A stretch of 62,425 nucleotides of DNA from a virus (IMGVR_UViG_2877269240_000007), one strand, 5' to 3'. Counted from the first letter of the stretch, positions 33,030 to 45,257 are shown. The notes: generated by a model not told the origin, from the sequence alone. Program-made: numbers and translations.

Positions 33030-33563
33030 ATGAGCGCAAAAATCAAATACGGCCTGTCGGCTGCTGTTCTGGCGCTGATTGCCGCAGGCGCGTCTGCTCC
33101 CCAGATACTTGACCAGTTTCTGAACGAAAAAGAGGGTAATCACACAACGGCATACCGTGATGGTTCTGGCATATGGACCATCTGTCGTGGTGCCACAATG
33201 GTGGATGGTAAGCCTGTCATACCGGGAATGAAGCTGTCGAAGGAAAAATGTGACCAGGTTAACGCTATTGAACGTGATAAGGCGCTGGCATGGGTGGAGC
33301 GCAATATTAAAGTACCTCTGACCGAACCCCAGAAAGCGGGTATAGCGTCATTTTGCCCCTATAACATTGGCCCCGGTAAGTGTTTCCCGTCGACGTTTTA
33401 TAAGCGGCTGAATGCCGGTGATCGTAAGGGCGCATGCGAGGCGATTCGCTGGTGGATAAAAGATGTTGGGCGCGATTGCCGCATACGTTCAAATAACTGC
33501 TATGGACAGGTTATTCGTCGTGACCAGGAAAGCGCATTAGCCTGTTGGGGGATAGATCAATGA
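33030..33563 (+). CDS. R: phage lysozyme / SAR-endolysin
   Basis: 177 aa; N-terminal signal-anchor [15 protein letters not shown] followed by GH24 lysozyme motifs. Confidence 0.85.
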   Translation: MSAKIKYGLSAAVLALIAAGASAPQILDQFLNEKEGNHTTAYRDGSGIWTICRGATMVDGKPVIPGMKLSKEKCDQVNAIERDKALAWVERNIKVPLTEPQKAGIASFCPYNIGPGKCFPSTFYKRLNAGDRKGACEAIRWWIKDVGRDCRIRSNNCYGQVIRRDQESALACWGIDQ

Positions 33564-34027
33564 GCAGAGTCACCGCGATTATCTCCGCTCTGGTTATCTG
33601 CATCATCGTCTGCCTGTCATGGGCTGTTAATCATTACCGTGATAACGCCATTACCTACAAAGAGCAGCGCGACAAAAACGCCGGAGAACTGAAGCTGGCG
33701 AACGCAACCATTACTGACATGCAGCAGCGCCAGCGTGATGCTGATGCACTCGATGCTAAATACACGAAGGAGTTAGCTGATGCGAAAGCTGAAAATGATG
33801 CTCTTCGGCGCAAGCTTGATAATGGTGGTCGGGTGCTCGTCAAAGGAAAATGCCCTGTGCCATCCTCAGCCGAAACCTCCAGCGCCTCCGGCATGGGCAA
33901 TGATGCCACCGTCGAACTCTCTCCAGTTGCTGGACGAAACGTTCTCGGTATCCGGGACGGAATCATCAGCGACCAGACAGCATTGAGAATGCTTCAGGAG
34001 TACATCAGGACTCAGTGCCTGAAATAA
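33560..34027 (+). CDS. Rz: Rz i-spanin
   Basis: [23 protein letters not shown]... N-terminal TM plus coiled coil, lambda Rz-like. Confidence 0.8.
   Translation: MSRVTAIISALVICIIVCLSWAVNHYRDNAITYKEQRDKNAGELKLANATITDMQQRQRDADALDAKYTKELADAKAENDALRRKLDNGGRVLVKGKCPVPSSAETSSASGMGNDATVELSPVAGRNVLGIRDGIISDQTALRMLQEYIRTQCLK
33780..33986 (+). CDS. Rz1: Rz1 o-spanin lipoprotein (embedded in Rz, +1 frame)
   Basis: [21 protein letters not shown] lipobox, proline-rich. Confidence 0.7.
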   Translation: MRKLKMMLFGASLIMVVGCSSKENALCHPQPKPPAPPAWAMMPPSNSLQLLDETFSVSGTESSATRQH

Positions 34028-34229
34028 ATTTTTTTGCAAATCACAAAGTCCATTTAATGAGCCTCGCACTTGCGGGGCTTTTATATGTCCGCAGTAAACC
34101 GCGCATCGCAGCGCGTAACAATCCCGAGTCTTTCAGAAAGCTGAGCCTGAGAACTGCCGTATAGGTGAGGACCTCTCGGGGACGGCTTTTCTGTGCGAAC
34201 AGGCTCAACTTTCTAAAGGAAATACCGAC

Positions 34230-34409
34230 ATGAACAAATCATTAACCGTTCTTCCTTCTGGCGAATACCCGACCATGAGCAGTCTTGAGATGGTGGATTA
34301 CATTAATGCTGATCGGAAATCCAAAGCGGAGGCGGAGGGGCTTGCGTTCCCCTGTAAGAAATATCGCAAACTCGAACACCGCAGTTTCATGAAGAAAGTA
34401 CCCAGGGTC
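34230..34409 (+). pseudogene. hypothetical gene 5' fragment truncated by IS600
   Basis: 60-aa ORF whose stop codon is supplied by the IS600 terminus at 34410. Confidence 0.4.
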
Positions 34410-35468
34410 TGAGGTGTACTGGCAATAGCGGACACTACCATTTGTTCTTTTTTTAAGCAGCCATCTGATGATATTTTTCCCTGAAGGCTGCCGGGGAGAT
34501 ATTCCCCAGACGAGAGTGACGACGCTGACGATTGTAGAAAATCTCAATGTATTCCCGTATTACTGAGATGGCTTCATCCCGGTTATTAAAACGATAGTGG
34601 CTCAGGCTCTCATTTTTCAGCGTTCCCCAGAAGCTTTCCATCGGAGCGTTGTCGTAACAGTTACCTTTACGCGACATTGATGTTTTCAGACCAGACTGCT
34701 CCTGTATGACCCGGTAATCGTATGCGCAGTACTGTGAACCTCGATCAGAGTGGTGGATTAGCCCGGCAGGTGGGCGCTGGCTCCTGAGCGCCATAAACAG
34801 GGCTTTACCTGTCAGCTCTTTTGTCATGCGCTCTCCCATGGCGTAGCCGACAATTTCGCACGTATAAACATCTTTGATGCCAGCAACATACGTCAGGTCC
34901 GCCACCCAGACCTGATTTGGTGCTGTAGGAGCGAACGTCTGGTTCAGCAGATTTGGCGCAACTGGCAGATTGTGGTTCGGGTTCGTAGTCGCTCTGAACT
35001 TGCGTTTCTGCTTACAGCGTAGCCTCAGCTCCTTACGAAGACGTGCCAGTCGGTCACGACCAACGATGATGCCATTCTCTGCCAGCTCCGTCTGGAGCCG
35101 CCGGGTTCCATATGTTTCGCGAGTGCGGATATGTGCCACCTTAATCTCCAGTTTTAGCCGCTCATCACTTTGTTTTCTGTCTGAGGGTTCATGCTGTACC
35201 CAGTTGTAATAACCGCTCCTGGATACACCAAATACCTGACACATCGCTTCAATGGGAAATTGTTGTCGCCATTGTTCGATTAACGCGTATTTTTCAGCGA
35301 CTCCTGTGCAAAATACGCTGTTGATTTTTTTAATATATCGCGCTCAAGGCGAGCTTCATTTAACGCCTTACGCAGTTGCAGAATTTCAGATTCCAGTTCA
35401 GCCACCGTGCGGGAACCAGGAGTACCGAGCCCTTTTCTGGCGGCGGTAACCCATTGTCCTGAAGGCAC
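34410..35468 (-). mobile_element. IS600 partial copy (27-bp deletion variant; orfA 5' end and left IR missing)
   Basis: right IR at 34410; homology ends inside orfA at 35460-35468 where IS629 begins. Confidence 0.85.
34453..35244 (-). CDS. IS600 OrfB (9-aa deletion variant)
   Basis: 263 aa. Confidence 0.8.
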   Translation of the reverse strand: MCQVFGVSRSGYYNWVQHEPSDRKQSDERLKLEIKVAHIRTRETYGTRRLQTELAENGIIVGRDRLARLRKELRLRCKQKRKFRATTNPNHNLPVAPNLLNQTFAPTAPNQVWVADLTYVAGIKDVYTCEIVGYAMGERMTKELTGKALFMALRSQRPPAGLIHHSDRGSQYCAYDYRVIQEQSGLKTSMSRKGNCYDNAPMESFWGTLKNESLSHYRFNNRDEAISVIREYIEIFYNRQRRHSRLGNISPAAFREKYHQMAA

Positions 35469-35510
35469 TGAACCGCCCCGGGTTTCCTGGAGAGTGTTTT
35501 ATCTGTGAAC

Positions 35511-36393
<883 letters not shown>

Positions 36394-36397
<4 letters not shown>

Positions 36398-36720
36398 TTT
36401 TTCCAGAGGCGGTCGAACTCCGCCTTCGCAAAATAAGCGGAAGCCTGGCGAAGGATATCGTTACTGCGGCGCAGTTCACGATTTTCACGCTCCGGCTCTT
36501 TCAGACGCTGACGTTCAGCGGTGGTGAGCCCTCCATCACCGCCCCCGGTATCCCGCTCATGCTGGCGACCCCAGACACGCAGAGTCTCCGGCGTACAGCC
36601 AATCTTTGGAGCAATGGAACAAATTGTCGCCCATTGTGAGTCATATTCGCCCTGACTTTCCAGAACCATACGGACTGCCCGTTGACGGACTTCGGGGGAA
36701 AAACGAGTATTTTTAGTCAT
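36394..36720 (-). CDS. IS629 OrfA
   Basis: 108-aa [31 protein letters not shown]... Confidence 0.85.
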
Positions 36721-36776
36721 CCTGTTTACCTCTTTCTCAGGAAGTTTAGTCTCCAGGATTCCCGGGGCGGTTCACA

Positions 36777-37858
36777 CTTTAGGACAATGGGTTACCGCCG
36801 CCAGAAAAGGGCTCGGTACTCCTGGTTCCCGCACGGTGGCTGAACTGGAATCTGAAATTCTGCAACTGCGTAAGGCGTTAAATGAAGCTCGCCTTGAGCG
36901 AGATATATTAAAAAAAGCAACAGCGTATTTTGCACAGGAGTCGCTGAAAAATACGCGTTAATCGAACAATGGCGACAACAATTTCCCATTGAAGCGATGT
37001 GTCAGGTATTTGGTGTATCCAGGAGCGGTTATTACAACTGGGTACAGCATGAACCCTCAGACAGAAAACAAAGTGATGAGCGGCTAAAACCGGAGATTAA
37101 GGTGGCACATATCCGCACTCGCGAAACATATGGAACCCGGCGGCTCCAGACGGAGCTGGCAGAGAATGGCATCATCGTTGGTCGTGACCGACTGGCACGT
37201 CTTCGTAAGGAGCTGAGGCTACGCTGTAAGCAGAAACGCAAGTTCAGAGCGACTACGAACCCGAACCACAATCTGCCAGTTGCGCCAAATCTGCTGAACC
37301 AGACGTTCGCTCCTACAGCACCAAATCAGGTCTGGGTGGCGGACCTGACGTATGTTGCCACACAGGAGGGATGGTTGTACCTCGCTGGCATCAAAGATGT
37401 TTATACGTGTGAAATTGTCGGCTACGCCATGGGAGAGCGCATGACAAAAGAGCTGACAGGTAAAGCCCTGTTTATGGCGCTCAGGAGCCAGCGCCCACCT
37501 GCCGGGCTAATCCACCACTCTGATCGAGGTTCACAGTACTGCGCATACGATTACCGGGTCATACAGGAGCAGTCTGGTCTGAAAACATCAATGTCGCGTA
37601 AAGGTAACTGTTACGACAACGCTCCGATGGAAAGCTTCTGGGGAACGCTGAAAAATGAGAGCCTGAGCCACTATCGTTTTAATAACCGGGATGAAGCCAT
37701 CTCAGTAATACGGGAATACATTGAGATTTTCTACAATCGTCAGCGTCGTCACTCTCGTCTGGGGAATATCTCCCCGGCAGCCTTCAGGGAAAAATATCAT
37801 CAGATGGCTGCTTAAAAAAAGAACAAATGGTAGTGTCCGCTATTGCCAGTACACCTCA
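36777..37858 (+). mobile_element. IS600 partial copy (orfA 5' end and left IR missing), inverted relative to 34410-35468
   Basis: homology starts at CACTTTAGGACAATGGG inside orfA; right IR ends 37858. Confidence 0.85.
36997..37815 (+). CDS. IS600 OrfB
   Basis: 272 aa, with L-to-P change (KPEIKV). Confidence 0.8.
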   Translation: MCQVFGVSRSGYYNWVQHEPSDRKQSDERLKPEIKVAHIRTRETYGTRRLQTELAENGIIVGRDRLARLRKELRLRCKQKRKFRATTNPNHNLPVAPNLLNQTFAPTAPNQVWVADLTYVATQEGWLYLAGIKDVYTCEIVGYAMGERMTKELTGKALFMALRSQRPPAGLIHHSDRGSQYCAYDYRVIQEQSGLKTSMSRKGNCYDNAPMESFWGTLKNESLSHYRFNNRDEAISVIREYIEIFYNRQRRHSRLGNISPAAFREKYHQMAA

Positions 37859-38166
37859 AACTACTCATTGCCAGATGGGAACTGACCGCAGAACAGGCTG
37901 TCGCACAGCAGTTAAAAAATCAGGTGTCAAAAGGAAATCTTATCGATACCGGATTTTGTATTTTTGCCCTTAGTAAGCTGGCGATGGCTTTATCCAGTAC
38001 GCTTGACTCCATTCCTTTGTCCATGCAACGACAGTTCCCGGATTTAACGCCGCGTCATATTGATCATCTGAAAATCCTTATTGCTAAGGGAGCGAATCAG
38101 TGCGCGCGTGCGGGGGATAAATTACCGGATTTACTCGATGAATATATCAGAACAACAACTGAGTAA
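37859..38166 (+). pseudogene. nu1: terminase small subunit (Nu1-like) 3' fragment
   Basis: ...FCIFALSKLAMALSSTLDSIPLSMQRQFPDLTPRHIDHLK... matches lambda Nu1 C-terminus; N-terminal DNA-binding part replaced by IS600. Confidence 0.7.
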
Positions 38167-40066
38167 TATGATGGTGGCAGTCACTATCGCACTGCAGCCA
38201 CTGGTCAGGGTATTGCCGGTGACGGCTGTAGAATGGGCCGATCAAAATTATTACCTGCCTAAAGAATCGTCATACGGTGAGGGGGAATGGAAAACGCTGC
38301 CGTTTCAGGTCGCCATCATGAACTGCATGGGCAATGACGAGATTCGTACAGTTAACCTGATTAAATCTGCCCGTGTTGGTTATACAAAAATGGTGCTTGG
38401 TGTGATCGGGTATTTTATTGAGCACAAATCCCGCAACACTCTTCTTTTTCAGCCGACGGACTCAGCTGCTGAAGATTTTATGAAGTCTCACGTGGAAGCA
38501 ACAATTCGTGATGTTCCTTGCCTGAAAAAACTTTCTCCCTGGCTGGGCCGGAAACACCGGGATAATACGCTCACACTGAAGCGTTTTTCCTCTGGTGTGG
38601 GGTTCTGGTGTTTGGGTGGTGCTGCTGCCAAAAACTACCGTGAAAAATCTGTCGATGTGGTCTGCTATGACGAACTCTCCTCGTTTGAACCGGATGTGGA
38701 AAAAGAAGGTTCGCCAACACTGCTTGGCGATAAACGTATTGAAGGTTCGGTATGGCCAAAATCCATACGCGGTTCAACGCCAAAAATTAAAGGCTCCTGT
38801 CAGATTGAAAAAGCTGCGAATGAATCTGCGCATTTCATGCGGTTTTATGTCCCTTGCCCTCATTGCGGGGAGGAGCAGTATCTGAAGTTTGGCGATGATG
38901 CGACGTCGTTTGGCCTGAAATGGGAGAAGGGTAAACCGGAAACGGTGTATTACCTGTGTGAACATAATGGCTGCGTGATCCGTCAGTCTGAACTTGATCA
39001 GACCGGGGGGCGCTGGATTTGTGACAATACCGGGATGTGGACGCGTGACGGTCTGACGTTTTTCAGTGCTTCGGGTAATGAAATTCCGCCGCCGCGCTCC
39101 ATCACTTTCCATATATGGACGGCGTACAGTCCGTTCACCACCTGGGTACAGATAGTCTGTGACTGGCTGGATGCACTGAAAGATCCCAACGGCGTGAAAA
39201 CTTTTGTGAACACCACGCTGGGCGAGACCTGGGAAGAGGCCGTGGGCGAAAAACTCGATCACCAGGTACTGATGGATAAGGTTGTGCCTTACACGGCAAC
39301 GGTGCCTGTCCGGGTGGTTTATCTGACGGCGGGCATTGACTCGCAGCGAAACCGTTTTGAGATGTATGTCTGGGGGTGGGCTCCGGGAGAGGAAGCCTTT
39401 CTGGTGGATAAAATCATCATCATGGGACGTCCTGATGAGGAAGAGACGCTGTTACGTGTGGATGCGGCGATCAATAAAAAATACCGCCATGCAGACGGTA
39501 CCGAAATGACCATTTCCCGTGTCTGCTGGGATATCGGGGGGATCGATGGCGAAATCGTGTATCAGAGGTCAAAAAAACACGGTGTTTTCCGGGTACTGCC
39601 GGTAAAAGGTGCCTCTGTCTATGGCAAGCCGGTGATCACCATGCCGAAAACCCGCAATCAGCGGGGTGTGTATCTGTGTGAGGTGGGGACGGATACCGCA
39701 AAAGAAATTCTCTATGCCCGAATGAAGGCCGATCCCACCCCTGTGAATGAGGCCACATCGTATGCCATCCGCTTTCCTGATAATCCGGAGATTTTTTCGC
39801 AGACAGAGGCACAACAACTGGTGGCGGAGGAACTGGTGGAAAAGTGGGAAAAAGGAAAGATGCGTCTGTTGTGGGATAACAAAAAGCGGCGTAACGAAGC
39901 GCTGGACTGCCTGGTGTATGCCTATGCGGCATTACGTGTGTCCGTGCAACGCTGGCAACTTGATCTGGCTGTGCTGGCGGCATCCCGCAAGGATGCAACT
40001 GCACAACCGACCCTTGAAGAACTGGCAGCGAAGCTGTCCGGAGGAGTGAATGGTTACAGTCGCTGA
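38138..40066 (+). CDS. A: terminase large subunit (lambda gpA-like)
   Basis: 643 aa colinear with lambda A (...AVEWADQNYYLPKESSYGEGEWKTLPFQ...). Confidence 0.9.
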   Translation: MNISEQQLSNMMVAVTIALQPLVRVLPVTAVEWADQNYYLPKESSYGEGEWKTLPFQVAIMNCMGNDEIRTVNLIKSARVGYTKMVLGVIGYFIEHKSRNTLLFQPTDSAAEDFMKSHVEATIRDVPCLKKLSPWLGRKHRDNTLTLKRFSSGVGFWCLGGAAAKNYREKSVDVVCYDELSSFEPDVEKEGSPTLLGDKRIEGSVWPKSIRGSTPKIKGSCQIEKAANESAHFMRFYVPCPHCGEEQYLKFGDDATSFGLKWEKGKPETVYYLCEHNGCVIRQSELDQTGGRWICDNTGMWTRDGLTFFSASGNEIPPPRSITFHIWTAYSPFTTWVQIVCDWLDALKDPNGVKTFVNTTLGETWEEAVGEKLDHQVLMDKVVPYTATVPVRVVYLTAGIDSQRNRFEMYVWGWAPGEEAFLVDKIIIMGRPDEEETLLRVDAAINKKYRHADGTEMTISRVCWDIGGIDGEIVYQRSKKHGVFRVLPVKGASVYGKPVITMPKTRNQRGVYLCEVGTDTAKEILYARMKADPTPVNEATSYAIRFPDNPEIFSQTEAQQLVAEELVEKWEKGKMRLLWDNKKRRNEALDCLVYAYAALRVSVQRWQLDLAVLAASRKDATAQPTLEELAAKLSGGVNGYSR

Positions 40067-40253
40067 ACTGCAGGCGCTGCGTCAGGCGCGCCTTGATTTA
40101 TTAACCGGTAAACGGGTTGTGTCGGTACAGAAAGACGGTCGCAGGATCGAATATACGGCAGCGTCCCTGAATGAGCTTAACCGTGCGATCAACGATGCGG
40201 AGTCGGTTCTGGGTACGACCCGACGCCGCCGACCGCTGGGAGTGAGGTTATGA
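40050..40253 (+). CDS. W: head-tail joining protein gpW
   Basis: 67 aa ...LTGKRVVSVQKDGRRIEYTAASL... Confidence 0.8.
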   Translation: MVTVAELQALRQARLDLLTGKRVVSVQKDGRRIEYTAASLNELNRAINDAESVLGTTRRRRPLGVRL

Positions 40254-41843
40254 AACGAACGCCTGTCCTGATTGATGTGAACGGCGTTCCGCTTCGTGAG
40301 AGTCTCAGCTACAACGGAGGCGGCGCAGGATTTGGCGGGCAAATGGCAGAGTGGTTACCACCGGCGCAGAGTGCCGATGCGGCCCTGTTGCCTGCATTGC
40401 GTCTGGGGAATGCCCGGGCAGATGATCTGGTGCGCAATAACGGTATCGCGGCTAATGCGGTGGCCCTGCATAAGGATCATATCGTCGGGCACATGTTTCT
40501 TATCAGCTACCGTCTGAACTGGCGTTGGCTGGGGATGCGGGAGACCACGGCAAAAAGTTTTGTCGGGGAGGTGGAAGCAGCCTGGTCGGAATACGCAGAA
40601 GGAATGTTTGGCGAGATCGACGTGGAAGGGAAACGCACGTTTACGGAATTTATCCGTGAAGGGGTGGGCGTGCATGCCTTTAACGGCGAAATCTTTGTGC
40701 AGCCGGTCTGGGATACGGAAACCACGCAGTTATTCCGTACGCGTTTTAAAGCCGTGAGTCCGAAACGGGTGGACACGCCAGGACACGGTATGGGGAACCA
40801 CTTTCTGCGGGCCGGGGTTGAGGTCGATCGGTATGGGCGGGCGATTGCGTACCATATCTGTGAGGATGATTTTCCGTTCTCTGGTGCCGGACGCTGGGAG
40901 CGGATCCCGCGTGAGCTTCCCACCGGGCGTCCGGCCATGCTGCATATTTTTGAGCCGGTGGAGGACGGGCAGACCCGTGGGGCCAATCAGTTTTACAGCG
41001 TAATGGAGCGGATGAAGATGCTGGACTCCCTGCAGGCCACGCAGCTTCAGTCGGCCATTGTGAAGGCGATGTATGCAGCCACAATCGAAAGTGAACTTGA
41101 TACCGAAAAGGCATTTGAATATATCGCGGGGGCACCGCAAGGTCAGCAGGATAATCCGCTTATTAATATTCTGGAGAAGTTCACCCGCTGGTATGACACG
41201 AATAACGTGACGCTGGGCGGTGTTAAAATTCCGCACCTTTTTTCCTGGCGATGCGCTGAACCTGCAGACAGCGCAGGATTCAGACAATGGATTTTCGGCG
41301 CTTGAACAGGCGCTGCTGCGGTATATTGCAGCCGGTCTTGGCGTTTCCTACGAACAGTTGTCCCGTGATTACTCGAAGGTCAGTTACTCAAGTGCCCGTG
41401 CCTCCGCCAATGAGTCGTGGCGCTATTTTATGGGGCGGCGAAAATTTATTGCGGCCCGGCTGGCCACGCAGATGTTTTCCTGCTGGCTGGAAGAGGCGCT
41501 TCTTCGGGGGATTATTCGTCCGCCACGGGCGCGTTTTGATTTTTACCAGGCGCGTTCAGCCTGGTCACGGGCAGAGTGGATTGGCTCCGGAAGAATGGCC
41601 ATTGACGGGCTCAAGGAGGTCCAGGAATCGGTGATGCGCATTGAGGCCGGACTGAGCACGTATGAGAAAGAACTGGCACTGATGGGCGAAGATTATCAGG
41701 ACATTTTCCGCCAGCAGGTCAGGGAATCCGCAGAGCGCGAAAAAGCCGGACTCTCACGTCCGGTGTGGATAGCCCAGGCGTATCAGCAGCAGATAGCGGA
41801 GAGTCGCAGGCCGGAAGAGGAGACAACATCACGTGAGACGTAA
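40250..41843 (+). pseudogene. B: portal protein gpB gene with +1 frameshift in T6 run
   Basis: lambda B-like ORF split at 41238-41243 (CCTTTTTTCC); both halves colinear with lambda B. Confidence 0.85.
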
Positions 41844-43338
41844 TCTTTCACATATTATCGCTGCGGCATTCAATGAGCCGCTGCTTCTGGAGCCCGCCTA
41901 TGCGCGGGTTTTCTTTTGCGCGCTCGGGCGTGAGATGGGCGCAGCAAGCCTTTCGGTACCGCAACAGCAGGTACAGCTTGACGCTCCCGGGATGCTGGCT
42001 GAAACGGACGAGTACATGGCCGGAGGCAAACGACCTGCCCGTGTTTACCGGGTGGTGAACGGTATTGCTGTACTGCCGGTGACCGGCACGCTGGTACACC
42101 GGCTGGGTGGCATGCGGCCATTTTCCGGAATGACTGGCTATGACGGCATTGTCGCCTGTCTTCAGCAGGCAATGGCGGACACTCAGGTACGGGGCGTACT
42201 GCTGGACATTGACAGTCCTGGCGGGCAGGCCACCGGCGCGTTTGACTGCGCTGACATGATTTACCGTCTCCGGCAGCTGAAGCCTGTCTGGGCACTGTGC
42301 AATGACACGGCCTGTTCAGCCGCCATGTTACTGGCATCGGCCTGCTCCCGACGGCTGGTTACCCAGACATCCCGTATCGGCTCCATTGGGGTGATGATGG
42401 GCCATGTCAGCTATGCCGGTCATCTGGCACAGGCCGGTGTGGATATCACGCTGATTTACGCCGGATCGCACAAGGTGGATGGCAATCAGTTTGAATCCCT
42501 GCCAGCAAAGGTTCGCCAGGACATGCAGCAGCGCATTGATGCGGCGCGCCGGATGTTTGCTGAAAAAGTGGCGATGTATACCGGTTTATCTGTGGATGCG
42601 GTTATGGGAACAGAGGCCGCCGTTTTTGAAGGTCAGTCCGGTATTGAGGCCGAACTGGCGGATGAATTAATCAATGCGTCGGACGCCATCAGCGTGATGG
42701 CTGCGACGCTGAACACACACGATACAGGAGGCACTATGCCGCAATTAACTGCAACGGAGGCTGCCGCGCAGGAGAACCAGCGAGTGATGGGGATCCTGAC
42801 GTGTCAGGAAGCGAAAGGACGTGAACAACTGGCCACGATGCTGGCAGGGCAACAGGGTATGAGCGTTGAGCAGGCCCGGGCGATTCTGGCCGTGGCGGCA
42901 CCGCAACAATCTGGTGTATCTGCGCAGAGTGAAGCCGATCGCATTATGGCATGTGAAGAGGCGAAAGGACGTGAACAACTGGCGGCAACGCTGGCGGCGA
43001 TGCCGGAGATGACGGTGGAAAAAGCCCGTCCGATTCTGGCTGCTTCACCGCAGGCGAATGCCGGACCCTCACTTCGTGATCAGATTATGGCCCTGGATGA
43101 GGCAAAAGGGGCAGAGGCGCAGGCTGAAAAACTGGCGGCCTGTCCGGGGATGACCGTGGAGAATGCCCGGGCTGTACTGGCGGCAGCCTCAGGCAGGGCA
43201 GAACCGGTTTCTGCATCCACAACCGCCATGTTTGAACATTTCATGGCGAACCATTCACCGGCAGCGGTACAGGGTGGCGTGCCACAGACGTCAGCAGACG
43301 GTGATGCGGACGTGAAAATGCTCATGGCCATGCCATGA
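41833..43338 (+). CDS. C: prohead protease/scaffold gpC (S49 family) with triplicated C-terminal repeat
   Basis: GTG start; lambda C-like N-terminal two-thirds; three tandem ~40-aa repeats at the C-terminus. Confidence 0.85.
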   Translation: MRRNLSHIIAAAFNEPLLLEPAYARVFFCALGREMGAASLSVPQQQVQLDAPGMLAETDEYMAGGKRPARVYRVVNGIAVLPVTGTLVHRLGGMRPFSGMTGYDGIVACLQQAMADTQVRGVLLDIDSPGGQATGAFDCADMIYRLRQLKPVWALCNDTACSAAMLLASACSRRLVTQTSRIGSIGVMMGHVSYAGHLAQAGVDITLIYAGSHKVDGNQFESLPAKVRQDMQQRIDAARRMFAEKVAMYTGLSVDAVMGTEAAVFEGQSGIEAELADELINASDAISVMAATLNTHDTGGTMPQLTATEAAAQENQRVMGILTCQEAKGREQLATMLAGQQGMSVEQARAILAVAAPQQSGVSAQSEADRIMACEEAKGREQLAATLAAMPEMTVEKARPILAASPQANAGPSLRDQIMALDEAKGAEAQAEKLAACPGMTVENARAVLAAASGRAEPVSASTTAMFEHFMANHSPAAVQGGVPQTSADGDADVKMLMAMP

Positions 43339-43374
43339 AGTCAGTGCTGACCATCAATATGAGGTTTTTACAAT

Positions 43375-43722
43375 ATGGTAACGAAAACCATCACTGAACA
43401 GCGTGCGGAAGTACGTATTTTTGCCGGTAATGATCCGGCCCATACCGCCACAGGCAGCAGCGGGATTTCCTCGGCAACACCGGCTCTGACGCCCCTGATG
43501 CTGGATGAGGATACCGGGAAACTGGTGGTCTGGGACGGACAGAAGGCAGGCCATGTGGTTGGCATACTGGTACTGCCGCTTGAAGGTACAGAGACGGTGC
43601 TGACGTATTACAAGTCGGGGACCTTTGCGACGGAGGCCATCCACTGGCCTGAGAGAGTGGATACACACAAAAAGGCGAATGCCTTTGCCGGCAGTGCCCT
43701 GAGTCACGCAGCGCTGCCGTAA
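43375..43722 (+). CDS. D: head decoration protein gpD
   Basis: ...DPAHTATGSSG...TPLMLDEDTGKLVVWDG... lambda D-like. Confidence 0.85.
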   Translation: MVTKTITEQRAEVRIFAGNDPAHTATGSSGISSATPALTPLMLDEDTGKLVVWDGQKAGHVVGILVLPLEGTETVLTYYKSGTFATEAIHWPERVDTHKKANAFAGSALSHAALP

Positions 43723-43779
43723 CATTTTATCAGGTCACTGCGGTAGCCTGACTGATTTCTGAATGAAAGGAACTGATTT

Positions 43780-44808
43780 ATGGGATTGTTTACGACCCGC
43801 CAGTTACTCGGTTATACCGAACAAAAAGTTAAATTTCGTGCGCTGTTTCTGGAGCTGTTTTTCCGCCGTACGGTGAATTTCCATACCGAAGAGGTAATGC
43901 TGGACAAAATTACCGGAAAAACGCCGGTGGCGGCCTATGTCTCCCCGGTTGTTGAAGGAAAGGTGTTGCGTCACCGTGGCGGTGAAACTCGTGTACTGCG
44001 CCCGGGCTACGTTAAGCCGAAACACGAATTTAATTACCAGCAGGCGGTGGAGCGTCTTCCCGGTGAAGATCCGGCCCAGCTGAACGACCCGGCTTACCGT
44101 CGCCTGCGTATCATCACCGATAACCTCAAACAGGAAGAGCACGCCATTGTCCAGGTGGAAGAGATGCAGGCGGTGAATGCCGTGCTGTATGGCAAATACA
44201 CCATGGAAGGAGAGCAGTTTGAAACTGTTGAGGTCGATTTTGGCCGGTCGGTGGGAAATAACATTACGCAGGCAGGAGGGACGGAGTGGAGCGCTCAGGA
44301 CCGCGATACCTTTGATCCGACGCATGATCTGGATGCGTACTGTGATTTTGCTTCCGGCACCATCAATATTGCCATTATGGATGGTAAGGTCTGGCGTCTG
44401 CTGAATGGCTTTAAGCTGTTCCGCGAAAAACTGGATACCCGTCGTGGCTCAAATTCACAGCTGGAAACGGCAGTGAAAGACCTGGGGGCGGTGGTGTCCT
44501 TCAAAGGGTATTATGGTGATCTGGCAATCGTGGTGGCAAAAACGTCCTATGTGGCAGAGGACGGTACCGAAAAACGTTATCTGCCGGACGGCACACTGGT
44601 ACTGGGAAATACGGCCGCAGAGGGTATTCGTTGCTACGGTGCCATTCAGGATGCGCAGGCATTGTCTGAAGGCGTGGTGGCGTCTTCCCGTTATCCGAAA
44701 CACTGGCTGACCGTGGGTGATCCGGCGCGTGAATTCACCATGACGCAGTCCGCGCCGCTGATGGTGCTGCCGGATCCGGATGAGTTTGTGGTGGTGCAGG
44801 TGAAATAA
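43780..44808 (+). CDS. E: major capsid protein gpE
   Basis: 342 aa colinear with lambda E. Confidence 0.9.
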   Translation: MGLFTTRQLLGYTEQKVKFRALFLELFFRRTVNFHTEEVMLDKITGKTPVAAYVSPVVEGKVLRHRGGETRVLRPGYVKPKHEFNYQQAVERLPGEDPAQLNDPAYRRLRIITDNLKQEEHAIVQVEEMQAVNAVLYGKYTMEGEQFETVEVDFGRSVGNNITQAGGTEWSAQDRDTFDPTHDLDAYCDFASGTINIAIMDGKVWRLLNGFKLFREKLDTRRGSNSQLETAVKDLGAVVSFKGYYGDLAIVVAKTSYVAEDGTEKRYLPDGTLVLGNTAAEGIRCYGAIQDAQALSEGVVASSRYPKHWLTVGDPAREFTMTQSAPLMVLPDPDEFVVVQVK

Positions 44809-44859
44809 TCCGTGAGCGGGAGCTAAATGCTCCCGTTTTTCATTCAATCAGGAGCGGGT

Positions 44860-45246
44860 ATGGCTACGAAAGAAGAAAACCTGAAACGTCTTTGTGAGCT
44901 GGCTGAGAGGCTGGGGCGTGAACCGGATGTCTCCGGTAGTGCGGCAGATATTGCGCAGCGAGTGGCGGAACTGGAGGAAGAGCTTGGAGATGCGGGGGAG
45001 GTCGCAGAGCCGGATACGTACTCACCATCGAAAGATGATCCGACCGCGCATAAAGGCGAGTCAGTTCCTGAACAGCCAGGCATTGTTACCGGAGACGAAA
45101 CGGGGCAGGTTACGGTGGTGGCACTGGCGACACTGCATACAAAATGTAATGGTTCAGTGATATTTGTTTCACCGGGAACGTCGTTTCGTGTTTCTGCTGA
45201 GGTGGCTGCCAGCATGGCGGCAGGTGGTCTGGCAAAAAGGCAGTAA
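44860..45246 (+). CDS. FI: DNA packaging protein FI
   Basis: ...TVVALATLHTKCNGSVIFVSPGTSFRVSAEVAASMAAGGLAKRQ lambda FI-like. Confidence 0.8.
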   Translation: MATKEENLKRLCELAERLGREPDVSGSAADIAQRVAELEEELGDAGEVAEPDTYSPSKDDPTAHKGESVPEQPGIVTGDETGQVTVVALATLHTKCNGSVIFVSPGTSFRVSAEVAASMAAGGLAKRQ

Positions 45247-45257
45247 CAGGAGATGTC

